A stretch of 64,000 nucleotides of DNA from Antedon mediterranea (taxonomy: Eukaryota > Animalia > Echinodermata). The notes under the pieces are model-generated. The model ran no database searches. It saw only the letters and a list, made by a program, of their open reading frames with translations, and was not told the origin of the DNA. The DNA lies in contig NC_092671.1 of NCBI RefSeq assembly GCF_964355755.1, positions 11,346,001 through 11,410,000 of the forward strand. The letters are read 5' to 3'. Positions 13,033 to 27,600 of the stretch are shown here, in pieces. Every line of letters starts with the position of its first letter. The first letter of the stretch is position 1. Made by a program: the position numbers and the translations under genes.

Positions 13033-16000
13033 ATGGCGATCATGAAATATTGCTGTTTCTGTTTCAATCTTCGCAGTGGAACTATGGTGGCAGCGATGCT
13101 TTCTCTGGTAAGGACAATAACACTTTTGAATTGAAGAATTACATTGTAAAGAGCCTACATGTTTAATTAGAGACAGGGCGCGTTATTGACTCTCACGCTG
13201 TGTTCACATATATTATCATAATGTAGTTTGCTATTTTGTATACTGTACATATAGAAGGTATAGTTCATTAATAATTAAATAATCGCATCGAGCTGAATTG
13301 TTCAATACAAATCCAAGAAACTGGTAGGAAATACCCTTTTCTGGAAATGATAATTAATATAGGCCCTAATTATAATAATATATATCGATATCCATCATAT
13401 GACAAATAGCCTGATGAATACCATGGAGAAATTTCTCCATGTTAATACTTAGGTTAATCTTGTTTACTACCCCGCTGTTTGGCTGCTACTGTATTACGCA
13501 AAGGTGGACTTTTTTTTGCGTTTGCCTATAATAGTATTAGGCATTCATGCATTGGAATAGTTAGCCCTATTGAAAACAACATTGGATTGACACAGCACCT
13601 ATAGTATCTAATATGTTACGTAGTCAAATAATAACATTGTAGCAAATGAATAAAACATGTTCATACATTAAAAAATGAATCTTTACGGTGCGACATCCAA
13701 CCAATGGAGGAAATATACATTATATTTCCTCCATGATCCAACATAGACCAAATGTGTTGATTTATTTCCTCAAATATGAGCTCAAGAACTACAGTCACAC
13801 AACGGCATACAAAATATGAATATAAGCATAATTATTAGCTTAATGAATAATTTCAATAATGTTTCATGAGAGTCAACATCGTGCCATCGAAACCGAATGA
13901 TGTGTATTTCTTTCATGGTGTAGTGTACGACCATTAAAGAGTGATGATAATTGGTTCTACCATGGACCTATAAATTAGGTCCCTGGTTCTACATACCTTT
14001 CTCCCACTTATGGTACCACCTCCTGAACCAGTAGCAGAACTCCATCTTGTCTCGGCACATATCATTCTTGATAGGTTAAGTTGGCATAAACTGTCTTTGA
14101 AACCAATTGAGTCACTCAACTCTGTTTAGGTCGCGTTTCTTGCCAAACTTTCTCATGTTTTGCTAGTTACCATAGGAATTTGCCTTTTTTGTGAAAAGTA
14201 CAGTAAATAATGCACAATAAACACGCATTCTTTGTTATAATATTCGGGTCAACTATTTGAAAGGCCTATGATTTTCAACAATAGGTTATACCTTTTCGTT
14301 AACATTGGCATTAATCTAGGAACACTGTTAAAATGGTGAGGAATTTAAAATGCTTTAGAAAGTTTATGCTATACACAAAATAACACTTTGTGTCTGACTG
14401 TGAATGACGTAAAATTGTATAAATAAACATTTTAATTAAATACAGGAACAAGTTGCTATTTTGTTCATTAAAACCCGATTTTCACAATTTACCTATCTGG
14501 TGGTGTATAGCAAAAAATGAAATACTGTTTTTTGGACAAATTTACCTACCTGGTGGTGTATAGCAAAAAATAAAATACTGTTTCTTGGACAAACTATTCA
14601 ATATCCAATATATATTTCCGCTTGAATGAAGGAAATAACAGATATATGATACATTTTCTACCATAATTCGGAGATAATTATGTAGGCCTATAAACAGTTT
14701 ATATACAATTTTCGAAAGACTCCTTTGGAAACAAGTTGTATCAAACTTGTACGGATTATCCGAGCATAAATACTCATGTTTATTGTCTTTAGTATGTTAA
14801 ATAATAATGACTTTTCTCAAATATTGTCGTAAAAACCAGTATTTTATTTGATAAACTGTTGTTACACACCAGGTAGGTAAATAAAAATGTGCTTTTAATT
14901 AACAAAATACCCAAATACTAAAGAAGAATCTTCTATCCAAGTTGTAATATCTTTATACCACAGATTTTGTCAATGTTGGCTGCATTGGGATATGTGTGGA
15001 CGTTACTTGAGTTTGTAGTATTTGAACCAAGCTTATCGAACAACAATTACGTTGGTATGTATATTGTGTCATATTAGGGAGCTTTTTTACACGAGCACGT
15101 AAACGTTACCTTTAACGAATGACGTCAACATTCTAAAGTGGGCGGAGATTGAGCGTTGTATGTTGGAAAATAGCGTTATCGTTTACGTGCTCGTGCGAAA
15201 GCGCCATATTAATACATCATACAACATGTAACTACAGTAGTGTAACAGTATACGTTAAATAACTAAATAAAAGCTCACAAGGATGAAACGTATTGTCACC
15301 TGTATGAGGTGGGCATGAACATGGTTAGCTGAATACTTACAACAATTGAATTTCTTTCAGCCGGTTGGATAGTCAACTTGTGTTTGGTTGTACTACAAGT
15401 TTTGGTGATAATCTACGCATTTATCCTTTTCATTGGAGCATTTTGTGTAAGTTAAAAATACCCTCTATTTAGTAATTCTGAATTTATTACCGTATTTGTA
15501 TAATGCTGTATTGTAACCGCTTGTTGTCTAACTATATAAATCTGTTACAAAAATACTAACTTGTTTTCTGCAGTGGAGTGATGGAGCAGGGCTCTTCTAC
15601 GTGGTGACGACGGCTCTGACGTATTTGGCCGAGTTAGGATGCGTCATCTACATCGCCTACCTACATTCGGAGGAACTTGAAGTAAGAATTAATACACAAT
15701 CAAGATAAACAAATTATGTATATCAACTGCATTAGGCTTGCATTAAGCATGTCACATTTTTAAATCATTTCACTGTTTTTATATCATATTGTATTGATTA
15801 TTGTGCTTGTAAGTGTTGTTGTCCGATGATTTGAGGAAAGAGAGTGGACGATAAAACTTCATAGAATGATGATGGTGATGATTTACTCTGGCGATGATCA
15901 CGTGATTATATAGTGTTATTAATGGTTAGACACTTTTCCCTTATACTTATTATTTTGTTTCTTTCTTAGAATCTTGCCGAATCTGAATTTGTTATTGCAC

Positions 16001-16407
16001 AGATTGCATTCTTTATCTTCAGAACACTGGTCCACGTAAGTTGTTTTTAATATTGCTCAATCTCAGGTCGTTTTCTTTCTTGGTCAGGGGGCTGAGGTTG
16101 AATCCCATCTTATCATTCTCCGGGTACTTGGTTAGGGAACACAATTATAGAAATAAAATGGTTTACTGAGTTTCAGTCAACTCAATGTATTTCTCCGTGG
16201 TATAGGCCTATTTAACAATGTAATTAAGTAATTAAAACATGCTTAAATTAGTATACTTAACTATTTCTAATTACTTACCGTAACTATTTCTAGTTACTTA
16301 ATTATTCCTAATTACTTTTTATTGTACAGGTATACGTAATGGTGTTAGCATTCGCCTTCTACGAGTTCATCAACGAAAGACGTAACAAATACGTACAAAA
16401 TCGTTAA
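13033..16407 (+). CDS. Four-transmembrane LAPTM4/DUF4728-like protein (~167 aa); exons 13033-13107, 14964-15054, 15361-15446, 15574-15681, 15970-16035, 16330-16407
   Basis: All introns are GT-AG with a continuous frame. The N-terminus is MAIMKYCCFCFNLRSG and there are four hydrophobic segments. A TACTAAC branch point sits at 15554. Confidence 0.8.
15075..15210. mobile_element. Small MITE-like inverted-repeat element
   Basis: CACGAGCACGTAAACG ... CGTTTACGTGCTCGTG inverted arms in intron 2. Confidence 0.55.
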
Positions 16408-19281
16408 TTTTGGTTTTTAAAGAAGTGTTTAATTAAAAATGTAACAATGCTTATTTTGCCTGATATGAATTGCATAACAGTTTATTTTTGGAACCTCAAT
16501 TCGATAGCAACAAGTACAAGTAGGCCCTACAAGTTTATTTTTAGAAAGCTACTAAAATAATTTTCAAGTTATTACATGCAATAAGAAAAGCTCATTTCAA
16601 CAACTCTCCATTTGTAACAAGCAAAAAATGAAATTGAAGCGTTAGGCTTAACTTAGTCATGAAATTAAGAGGCTATCACCCAATTGATACTGAGCTGCTC
16701 ATGACATAATATGATGTTAATTAGTTATACCCACTTTTGGATGTGACCTGAAAAGTACCAAGCCTAGTCCTTCATGTTTCTCCTTTACACAGACTAAGTT
16801 CAACCGAAGTTCATTAGAAAGCATTATGTGGAAGCCATTCTAAAACCTTTTATTTTTATTGATTTTTTTATATATTTATATACGTAATCTTCGAGGGAAA
16901 AAAAACGATTATAGAGTATAGGCCTAAGTTTATAATCTCTAGTGTGTTACTGACTGTAGTTACCTGTCTAGCTTATGGAACTATATTTCAGATTCATAAT
17001 ACAGTATATAAGTTGTAAGTTACATACCTATAGAAATATGAATGCTTATTATAACAAAAATATTTAGCACATTAGTCATAAGCAGGACAAATTTAGAAAA
17101 AAAAAATTGTGTAATATGTTTTTATAATCTTGCCCTAAACAAATTATTGTGGAGCATTTACATTTTGTAATGGTTAATAAGCCAAATTAGGCCTAGGCAC
17201 ATTTTATTCCGATAATTTTACTTCGATCATTACATCTCCGATGGAATAATTATTTATTAGGAAACAATGGTATTGTATTAGATCGTAATGCATTTGTCAC
17301 ATCATTAAAAATACTATCGAACAAAAATGCACAAATCACTATCCTAATTCGGTAGAATAGACCTTTCATCGCAGTGCATTTAACCTTAAAGCAAAACGGA
17401 GGAGGACAGAGGACACGAAACATGTTTCCTTAATGGGTATCCCTTAATAGAGTTGTCCAGAATGAGGAGTTCTACTGTATACCAGATTACGATATTTGAA
17501 GCGAGATATGCACCCACTCGATTCACTAAAATCAATGCCTCTGAATACTGATGTTAAAAAGATATTTAGACATGTAGAAACAATTCTTTATTATTTAACG
17601 TTCTCGTTACCTCTTTTAAATGCAGTCAATAAGTTTTTAGTACACTTTAAACAATATATTTTTGTACGAATAATAAATAAAACAATGGTTTTGGAATTGA
17701 ACGAGTACTACTTTTATTTATAATCATTGTGTTTATTTTTATGTAGGCCCTATTTGATAATTTCATCTTCTAAAAAGCATTTCTTTAAACGAAAAAGTAA
17801 CAATCTGAAATAGGCTTACAATAAAAAGAAATAAAGAGGATGATTAAGATCAGACAATGATAAATAGATGGTGGGATTATGATGATGATAATTGATCAAA
17901 TAAAAATGATAGATGATTATGATAGCAATGCGGACAAAGGTTGTCATCACAATCATGATGTAGATAAAATTGATGGTGATACCCATTTTGATAATGAAAT
18001 ATTTTAAATTGAATAAATAAATCGAGATAAAATATTCTATAATCTAATTTATTGTATTAACATTATACATTATATAACTGGATAAAAAAACAGGTCTTGA
18101 TGCGTGATTGTGAACGTTCTATTATTTATCACATGATTCAGGTGGGGCAAGAATAAAATGTTGAAAACAATTTTTTTAAATAAGATTACAAAAATGGAGT
18201 GATAAATAACGTAAAACAAGTGAAAAAATATGACCTCAATTTCCCTTCCTTTAATACATGTCCAGATTGGTATTCGACCCGCCTCCCTCTTCTTTGATTT
18301 CTTCAACCGCATTCCAAAAATGATCTCAAATCAAACCAATCAAAACTATACCGTAGGCTATTTAATTTCATTATTCAATGATGAAAGCATTTGCTTGACC
18401 ATTGGATATAAAAAGGTTCCTTTCAAAAACTAAAAGCCTAAATCTTAATGGAGAACTCGTTTCTATTCGAATAATATTTGTTTTCAAATCGAAAAGAAAA
18501 ACCATAGCATTCCAATAGGATAGTTAGGCCTACTAATCACCGTACTTCTTTTGAATACCCATGTGCATGGCTTGTATTCCATTTACAATGATATGTCCTT
18601 CTTCGTTGTAATATTGTCCATTATTTATCGGATTTGTGTCCTACAAAAATGGAAACGGTTTGAAAGCTTGTAAGAGAACACTTTACTACCCAATTGCATT
18701 ATGATAATGATGATGACAACACTGTAATTGGTCAGGTGTTTACTCTGCCGTAATTGTACTTTATGTAGGCCTACAACAATTTTTTTGAGAACAATTTAAT
18801 TTTCGGATTGGACTCACAAACTCCAGATCTGTGACGTTAATATACCATGGGCTTGTGTTGATGGCTAGCGTGCGTGATTCGAAACCAGGAACCAGCCAGC
18901 CAACCAACTGGACTACTACTCTAACGTAATTTTACTTTTATTGTACCAAAGCAATCTAACATTAACAACAGGACACTGAGCTCGCCTTGTCAAGGTAATA
19001 TTTCTTGATCTTATGTCTCGCTGCAAAAAATACTGACAGTAGGCCTATACTTTGTGCACGCGGTATCAGTTAAGAGGCGTGGAAATTATCGTGTCGAAGC
19101 TGCAGATAAACTCTTTTATCTCCGGAGCTCAACATCCTGTTGCTAGATTGCTTACATACTCACTTGAAGTACAAAAATGTCATAGTAGGGCAAAGCATGG
19201 ACCAATACTTAGCTCTCTGACGCCAAGCTACTTCGCAATAATTACCAATTTAATATATAATAGTTTTATTAATCTACTTAC

Positions 19282-20778
19282 TATTACAGCTCCATTTACG
19301 CAATTATCTGCGACTTCAATACACTCCATTACTGCGTCACCATTAACCATTTTACACTCACTGCAAAAAACATAATAATTTCAAAATTATACAAACAGTT
19401 AAATAACATTACAGTACATAAAATCACCTAGCAAAATAAACCTTATATTCGCAGCAAAGTGTTATAAAGCATACTTTATCTTCGAATTAGAATAATAAAA
19501 ATGTGGATTCAGTTTTAGGTGTGGGTTACTTTAGGTAGGTAACAAAACATTATTCAAACATGTCGTCCATTAAGAATTTTATTGTATCTCCTTAAGTGGA
19601 ACATACCAAGCAAGACAGCCTCTGTAATAAGTTTGACCCATTCCATACGTCATTCCTCGGACGTTGCAGTCTGGTAAAATAATAAAACAAAAGTGTAACA
19701 TTAATAATGGTTTCCCTGAATATTTATTTATTTATTTTCAATCTTTCTACATAACAAAAAATATAAAGTATTACAGGGGAGTAGCGGAAAAGCAAAAGTA
19801 ATAAAACTGTCATCTTGTGATGTGCTTGACCAGCCAATGATGAATGATGTTGTCTGTAGTGTTAAAACATATACACAGTGCCCTTCGTTCCATTATAAAT
19901 GTCTCCTGAATAAAAACAGTAGACTTATACCAAAAGAGGTGTTCCATCTATATACTTATTACTTTTCACAATTAAATATTTGGGACCAGGTTTCAGTGTA
20001 CGTGTTAAGAGTCTAGACCCTTTTCGTTCAGTGGTTGATCTGTTTAGACACATTTTCCACACACTTACTTGGTATACTTTTATAACACTGTTTTATTTGT
20101 CCACAATTGGAGTCAACAAAACAGCATTTATCTTCATCCGGGCAGTCCAAATCTTCAAAACAAGATGCCTGTTCTGTGCAAATTCCCCCAAGTTTCTTCA
20201 TTAGTTCATCAACGTTATAGCAACGTCCGGGACGAAAGAATGGAAATGATGGAAAAAGATCTTGGGCTAAATGAAAATTACACCGTTATAAGGTACAAAA
20301 TAACATACAAATACTACTTCACCGACCGCCACATTAAATAAAGAAAATTGAGATATACACCCAAATGGCCAAATACATTCACTGAACCAACGTATTAATG
20401 AGCTTTACCTGAAAGTGGTGTTGTACACACATAAGTGTCAAAACATTTCGTATGCTGGCAACATTTCATATATCCACCGCAGTCCATATCAAATTTACAC
20501 TGCGGCTGAAGACCAACCTCTACACATTCCTCAATAAAATAATACATCCCTGGTGTTTCCGGGCAAAATCCGTCTTTAATCGTAGCTACAAACAAATATA
20601 CTCAAATAAGGTATTTACTATTCTTCCTATTCCTTAAAAAAAATTACTTTAAAAAAATTAAATTAAACTACCTACCTAGAAAACGAGTATTTACTTTACC
20701 AGCTGGTGCCATATGACAAACCCGAATTACATTCATTATTAGCAAAAACTCGCAAACCAAAACACCAACCACAGTCAT
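19282..20778 (-). CDS. Secreted protein with two WAP (four-disulfide core)-like domains plus a Cys-rich VWC-like segment; exons 20778-20700, 20585-20409, 20266-20069, 19670-19607, 19360-19282; further 3' exons probable (~19020-18300) but unresolved
   Basis: A signal-peptide-like exon MTVVGVLVCEFLLIMNVIRVCHMAPA is followed by phase 1-1 exons KDGFCP..C..QCKFDMDCGGYMKCC..C..C and RPGRC..C..SCFEDLDCPDEDKCC..C..C, then CNVRGMTYGMGQTYYRGCLACECK. A 5' non-coding donor lies near 21756. Confidence 0.75.
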
Positions 20779-20811
20779 ATTTCTAAAAAAAAAAGACGAG
20801 CGTATAAGTTA

Positions 20812-21242
20812 TTGGATGATGATGGTGGTGGTGATGGCGGTGGTGGTGGTTATGGCGGTGGTGATGGTGATGGCGGTGGTGGTGGTGATGGTGCTGATGG
20901 CGGTGATGGTGGTGACGGCGGTGGTGGTGATGGCGGAGGTGGTGATGGCGGTGGTGGTGATGGTGATGATGGCGGCGGTGGTGGTTATGGCGGTGGTGAT
21001 GATGGTGATGATGGCGGTGGTAGTGGTGGCAATGGTGGTGGTGATGGCAGTGGTGGTAATTGCGGTGGTGGTGATGGCGGTGGTGATGGTAGTGATGATG
21101 GTGGTGGTGGTGGCGGTGGTGATGGTGGCGGTTGTGGTGGTGATGGCAGTGATGATGGTGGCGGTGGTGATGGTGGTGATGGCAGTGATGATGATGATGG
21201 TGGTGGCGGTGATGGTGGTTATGGTGGTGGTGATGGCGGTGG
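20812..21242. repeat. Degenerate (GGT/GAT/GGC)n trinucleotide repeat
   Basis: Directly visible. It lies upstream of the WAP coding exon, in the probable first intron. Confidence 0.95.
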
Positions 21243-21257
21243 ACATCATGTCAGTAG

Positions 21258-21623
21258 TGACGATCGCGGTTCACCCATCCTACATGTCCAAACCATATCC
21301 CCTCCAATTGGATAGTACATTTTGACCAAATTAAATTAAATTGTCATTTAATAACCATATTATAGTTAAAAATGCAAAAGAGCTAGTATTTATGTACACG
21401 TTTTTATTGGAGCTATTCTGTCCAAATTAGAGACGATCGCGGTTCGTCCATTAAATACATGTCCACATCATATTCCCTCCGGTTGGATTAGTCAATTTTG
21501 ACAAAATTACATTAAATTATCATTTAATAACCATACAATTATAAATGTAGAAGAGTTAGTATTTTAATTTCATTTATGCATTTTAAATCTTCACGTTTTT
21601 ATGGAGCGATTCTGCTCAAATTA
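21258..21623. repeat. Imperfect ~180-bp tandem duplication
   Basis: Two units each start GACGATCGCGGTTC and end TTCTG..CAAATTAG. Confidence 0.7.
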
Positions 21624-22641
21624 GGGAGGAACTCTACAGTATAGGCCTTTATAAAACAATATTAGTAAAAATAATGCTTATTTTCTGTATATCCAAAATA
21701 CGAAATTACATTAAAATGATAAATAGAACCAAAAGTTTTAAAGTTATTTTAACTTACGGTTTTCGTCTTTTTGTTTCAAATCCAAACATACATGTTGGCC
21801 AGTCTATTCTCGTTACACGTAGATGGAAACGTTAAAGTATCGTCAAAAAATAATGAAGTTAACAATTGTGATTTGCTAATATTTCAGCGTAAAATATCAA
21901 TAATCAATAACTAAGTCTTTTGTTTGTCGTGTTGTTATTATCGTTTAGTACTAAATACAGTACTTAGCCATGCGCATCCCTGCCCATGCGCAGAAACATA
22001 ATTATTAAATTACCAAGTGACGTAAGAAAAACAGCCGGTTTCTGAAAAAAGGATTCGACTAAAAAATATATATGTTTAAATTATTTAATGTATGTAAACT
22101 GTCAAATTAAAAAATAAAAGTTTTACATTAAAATAGTACACGAACGATATTGAAGTTCAAATGTTAAAACATAACTTGACTCTACATTAAAAAGCTTAGC
22201 ACACACTTCTACTAATCTTTTCAGACATCTATATAAATAAAGTCTGATAAAATAATTAATAATAATAATAGCGTTACAACTTTTAAAATACAAATACAGT
22301 GTCCGATAAAATAATTAATAATAATAAAGTTACAACTTTTAAAATACAAATACAGTTTTAGGCCTACTGATTGTCAATATTTATAGTCTCTTAAAGGACT
22401 ATGTAAAAAAAAATCATTCTACTGCAGTTACCGCGGTAAATACATTTCGTTTACTATTTACCCTGTTTAATGCATTACTATTTAGCAAGCTTTTTATTTT
22501 GTTAATAAAACGCTCTTTATTGCCGTGACAGAATCATGCATTTCTACATTGAATCATACTAAAATGATATGTTATTGTATTAAAACAATGTACTGTAGGT
22601 ACTACAGTAACTGTGTAGTAAAACAAATTGTATCAACAAAT

Positions 22642-23416
22642 AAAAGGTAAAAAGGTGAGTCCCGTGTTCTCTGAACGTAGGGGAATGAGCTGTTAGGAGC
22701 TCATTGTACTAAGCCTTGGCATTATGTGGTAGAACGTAGGGGAATGAGCTGTTAGGAGCTCATTGTACTAAGCCTCTGCATTATGTGGTAGAACGTAGGG
22801 GAATGAGCTGTTAGGAGCTCATTGTACTAAGCCTCTGCATTATGTGGTAGAACGTAGGGGAATGAGCTGTTAGGAGCTCATTGTACTAAGCCTCTGCATT
22901 ATGTGGTAGAACGTAGGGGAATGAGCTGTTAGGAGCTCATTGTACTAAGCCTTGGCATTATGTGGTAGAATGTAGGGGAATGAGCTGTTAGGAGCTCATT
23001 GTACTAAGCCTTGGCATTATGTGGTAGAACGTAGGGGAATGAGCTGTTAGGAGCTCATTGTACTAAGCCTCTGCATTATGTGGTAGAACGTAGGGGAATG
23101 AGCTGTTAGGAGCTCATTGTACTAAGCCTTGGCATTATGTGGTAGAATGTAGGGGAATGAGCTGTTAGGAGCTCATTGTACTAAGCCTTGGCATTATGTG
23201 GTAGAACGTAGGGGAATGAGCTGTTAGGAGCTCATTGTACTAAGCCTCGGCATTATGTGGTAGGGTGGCCAGTTCCTTTCCACGCCGCCTTTTTTCTCCC
23301 TAGTATTTTCAACAGGTACTCATTTTACAGCTGAGTGAACTGGGAGTTGTTGGGCATTGAACCCGAGTCTATCTGTACGACAGTCAAGTGTCCTAACCAC
23401 TCGGCTATCCAACTCC
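22642..23416 (-). mobile_element. tRNA-derived SINE whose 3' segment is amplified tenfold
   Basis: Minus-strand head GGAGTTGGATAGCCGAGTGGTTAGG...GGGTTCAATGCCC (A/B boxes), core TCAGCTGTAAAATGAGTACC, tail (ACCTTT)n. Confidence 0.75.
22673..23262. repeat. 10 x 59-bp tandem repeat with internal hairpin
   Basis: Unit GAACGTAGGGGAATGAGCTGTTAGGAGCTCATTGTACTAAGCCTTGGCATTATGTGGTA; units are contiguous with no spacers. Confidence 0.95.
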
Positions 23417-24617
23417 TACAAAATCACCAAATAGCACATGTTAAATAATAATAATACTGTATTCGAAACAAAAACACAATGATATACATATCAGTCATAC
23501 TGAATTACATAAACAGTATAATAATAAGTACTCTAAATCAAATTGGTCCACTAACAATATTTTTTTTCATAATCAAATTCTCTGAGTAATAATACAGGCC
23601 TACAATGAAAAAAGACCACTATACTTCTACATATTATTTTTCATACTATATTTAAATAATTTCTTTATTAAATATGTATATATTACTAATAGGATAAATT
23701 AGGGACTTTCTGAATATACGATACAACAAAAAACAACGGTGGCCCAATTCTGGTGGTTTACTTGATTTTTTATAGAAACAAAATTGTCTTAAATATATTA
23801 TTAATATTTTTAAATTAACTTTATAAAAAAATGGGTGACATATGGGTGTCTTGTGAAAACAATAAACAAAAAATGTTGTTGTTTAGTAGGTTTTCGTGAC
23901 GCACACTGAATTTTAAATCCTAAAAAAACACAGTATAATTTGGTTAACTTCTGCATTATAAAGTAAAATACAATTTTTGCTTGCATGATACATTTAACAA
24001 ATATTCTACAATGATTATTATTACACTTTGGTTAGTATTTTGGAAGCAAAGTACCCTATTTACAATAGTAATAAAATTAGTGGCAAAAAACATAGCTGGT
24101 AGTAACACAATGATTTATCATATAAGATAAAAGATCTTAGGGTTTATCTATATAAGAATTCCTACATTCTACTCAAGCAGAATTTGTTTCTAAAAATAAA
24201 TGTTCTTAAAACCCTGTGAATTTTTAATAATTTCAAAGAATTAAATTCAGTGTTGTTTAAAATTAGGGGTGGGGGTTAATGGCCTCAAGTTACTGTCTTT
24301 TTTATGTTGTTAGCATTCATTGATTGTTGTAAGGCGTGGAAAATCACATTAATAATCTAGTTTAGTAATAAATAGTTTTAAAATAGACTAAAATGACAAG
24401 GATTGGGCTATAAAAAAAATATATTGCGGTATAATTTTATATTTATTATTCAACATTGCTGATCCAGAAAGGAAAAGTCCATCCTATGGACAGGAAACTT
24501 TAAATACAGTCTCTCTAATTCCTAAGAACAAACAACTATTTAATTTTTATGCCCCCGCCCCTCCCACCAAAACAAATTATTTCAATGGGTCAATTATAAA
24601 AGATACAAAATATTTCA

Positions 24618-27600
24618 CTACAGATTATCCATCGCGTTTGTGAATTTCAGTAGATCAACGATATCTACAAATCCTAAGTCATTGCGTAGAACATTGTAAA
24701 AAAACTCTGGAGCTTCTCTTCTAAGGTTCCTGAAACTCTGTAAAGTGCTACCATCAAAATTGCTGAAGTTAATCGAATAACTAAAAGAAAAATACATTTA
24801 CAATTATAAATAGAAAATTATTTAATAATTCCATATAAGAATAAAACAATTGTTACAATTACTGTATGTTTGTTCTAAAGCTCTGTCTACATTAGTTTGA
24901 CAAAAAAAGTGTGGTAGTGATATGCCCAAATATGGTAGTGATATGCCCAAATATGGTAGTGATATGCCCAAATATGGTAGTAATATGCCCAAATATGGTA
25001 GTGATATGACATCATCTTGTCCATATATGGGCACATCAAATGTTTTGTCATATACGTTTTGATAGTGTAGACAGAGCTTTAGTTATTATAGAACATTAAT
25101 AATATTATTATGATATTTAGAAAAAGTACTTACGCCTGAAGATGATTATTTTCCAACCAGTTTTGTACTTCATCCCTTGACCAGCCCATCATTGAAACTT
25201 GACTGCCTGCTGCATCACCTGATCCAGGTTTGCTGCCAAGATCCGGTATGTCAACTGCTGTCACAACATCAGAATCTAACAAACATGTAGACTACTAATG
25301 TAAACACACATACTATAATATCTAATTGCATTTACATGTCCTTCCTAATCTGCACACCTTTCATAAGCTTTACTCGTTCCTAATCTGCATCCCCTTTCTA
25401 ATCTACAACTCCTTCCTAATCTGCACACCTTTCATAATCTTTACTCCTTCCTAATCTGCATCCCCTTTCTAATCTGCACACCTTCCATAATCCTTACTCT
25501 TTCCTAATCCGCACACCTTCCATAATCCTTACTCCTTCCTAATCCGCACACTTTCTATAATCTAACCAAATACCCTTTACTAATCTGTAAATATTTCCTA
25601 ATCCACAACCCCTTCCTGATCCAAGTACAATATCTTCCTAACCTGATACTTACTAATCTGTAAATATTTCCTAATCTGCAACCCCTTCCTGATCCAAGTA
25701 CAATATCTTCCTAACCTGATACTTACTAATCTGTAAATATTTCCTAATCTGCAACCCCTTCCTGATCCAAGTACAATATCTGCCTAACCTGATACCCCCT
25801 TACTAATCTGTAAATATTTCCTAATCTGCAACCCATTACTAATCTGCAACCCCCTCCTGATCCAAGTACAATATCTTCCAAATTTCATACCCCTTACTAA
25901 TCTGTATACATTTTCTAAACTGCACCTCTTTCCCAAATTCAAAATAAAATATATCTTAACTCCATACTACAACACGTACTGCCAACGGCGTAACCTACCA
26001 TAACTTTTAAAAATAAAATCTTTTATTGTTTCGCTGCTATAATGCCATACATACCTTTTTTTGATCCAATCTGTTTGGTAAGCAACGGAATCTGTTTCTG
26101 AAAATCATATTGACCTCGGAAATCAACATAAAGTTTTGTTCCCAGGATCATTCCCAGCCAACCATCAGGCTTATACTGTGGCTGCATCATCAATGGAACA
26201 ATTTTTTTATTTTGTTGGAAAGCATATTCAGCCTCTACAAAATACAACAAACACAATATATTATACAGTATTCAACATATAATCATCAGATCAACATATA
26301 AAATCAAGCTGTGCTTTTTGACTAGTAAAATTCTATATTAGGTTCTTCAGTAATAAGCATAATGCTATTTTAGGTGGATCCAAAGGCTAAGCCCACCTAC
26401 ATTTTAAAAATTCCAATGCAAAAGATTAGACATTAGATTAAATTTAGCACTTTATTTCACCATTGTTAGGCCCTGCCAGCTCCACACCCCACCCACTGCC
26501 TCTTATATTTTGAAGCCCAAAATCCTTCGTCTGTCACTGCCTCCTATATACTTTCAGAAAGTTACATAGCATAAAGTAGCTTTTAAAGGACTTGTATATA
26601 CGTACCAGTTCTACAGTTGTGACTGTATTTATATTTCTCTGTAATGCAAATAATCACAGTGGATGCATTTTCTACAGCTGATGCCATTGCTTGTAGTGTT
26701 GAACCTTCCATACATTCTAAATCAATCCATATTTTGTAGCCGCATTCCTAGAGTTAAGTATGGAAAGATGAACTAGAAATTACATAAATGCATTAATAGT
26801 AAAGCTTGTTTTCCGGTCAACATTGAGTTATGTTGAGTTGCATTGAATTTTAAAATGGTTAAAGTTGGAAATAAATAACTGTAACAATGCTAAAATTTTT
26901 TTCATTTTTCTTGACTATTTCGAGCATTGCTGGGAAACGCGAACATCAGGTGTTGCATTTGTGAACCATTTGATTGGTCAGTTTTAATGATCATAACGTT
27001 GTAAAATCTTTGAATCCGGTCAATTCAACGCAACTCGCCGCTACTTAACGTTAACTGGAAAACAGGCTTAACAAACTAAAAAAACTTTACAGTCATACCT
27101 TTAAAGCATCTTTGATTTTGACGACTAAGTTCTGGATGTCCCACTGATAGCTGATCATAATATGCTTCTCATGTTTCTGGTTAGTTTTACTGGTCCCTGT
27201 ACAACATGAGAAAAACAACTGATGAACAAGACTTTGGTAGTACATGTACTTTTAGATAAAGAAAAAGAACCAAAAACAGATATCATCTACGAAAAAAAAC
27301 ACCACAGTACCTGTAACTTCCGTGTTCCCTTTCACTACCCACAATGCTCTTTGGGCACTGGTCCTTACTTCCTTATTTGGGCTATGGACTAGCTTTTGCA
27401 GAGCGAGTATAATATCAGTGTTCTTGGTAAGAATTGGTCGACTGTAATCTTCATCAAAAGCGAGGCTCCACACAGCCTTGATAGCTAATACTTGCTCCGT
27501 TTGATCTTGAAAATCTAGAATTTTTTTTAGAGTTTCTAATCCTCTTGCATCTATGACCTAAATAAAAATACAATAAATTAACTATCTGAATTGTTAGGAT

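Noticed and set aside
20809-21325. Gly/Asp-, Thr- and Val/Met-rich ORFs
   Set aside because: These are by-products of a trinucleotide repeat that is open in several frames; no supporting exon structure.
22673-23262. CRISPR-like array or hammerhead ribozyme array
   Set aside because: The units are contiguous with no unique spacers, there are no cas genes, and the context is eukaryotic. No CUGANGA/GAAA core appears in the unit on either strand.
23350-23416. tRNA gene (also ~1965-2058)
   Set aside because: A/B boxes are present but there is no complete cloverleaf, and both continue into SINE bodies.
24822-25034. ORF with ISLPYLG repeats
   Set aside because: Translation of the MITE's internal 21-bp repeat.
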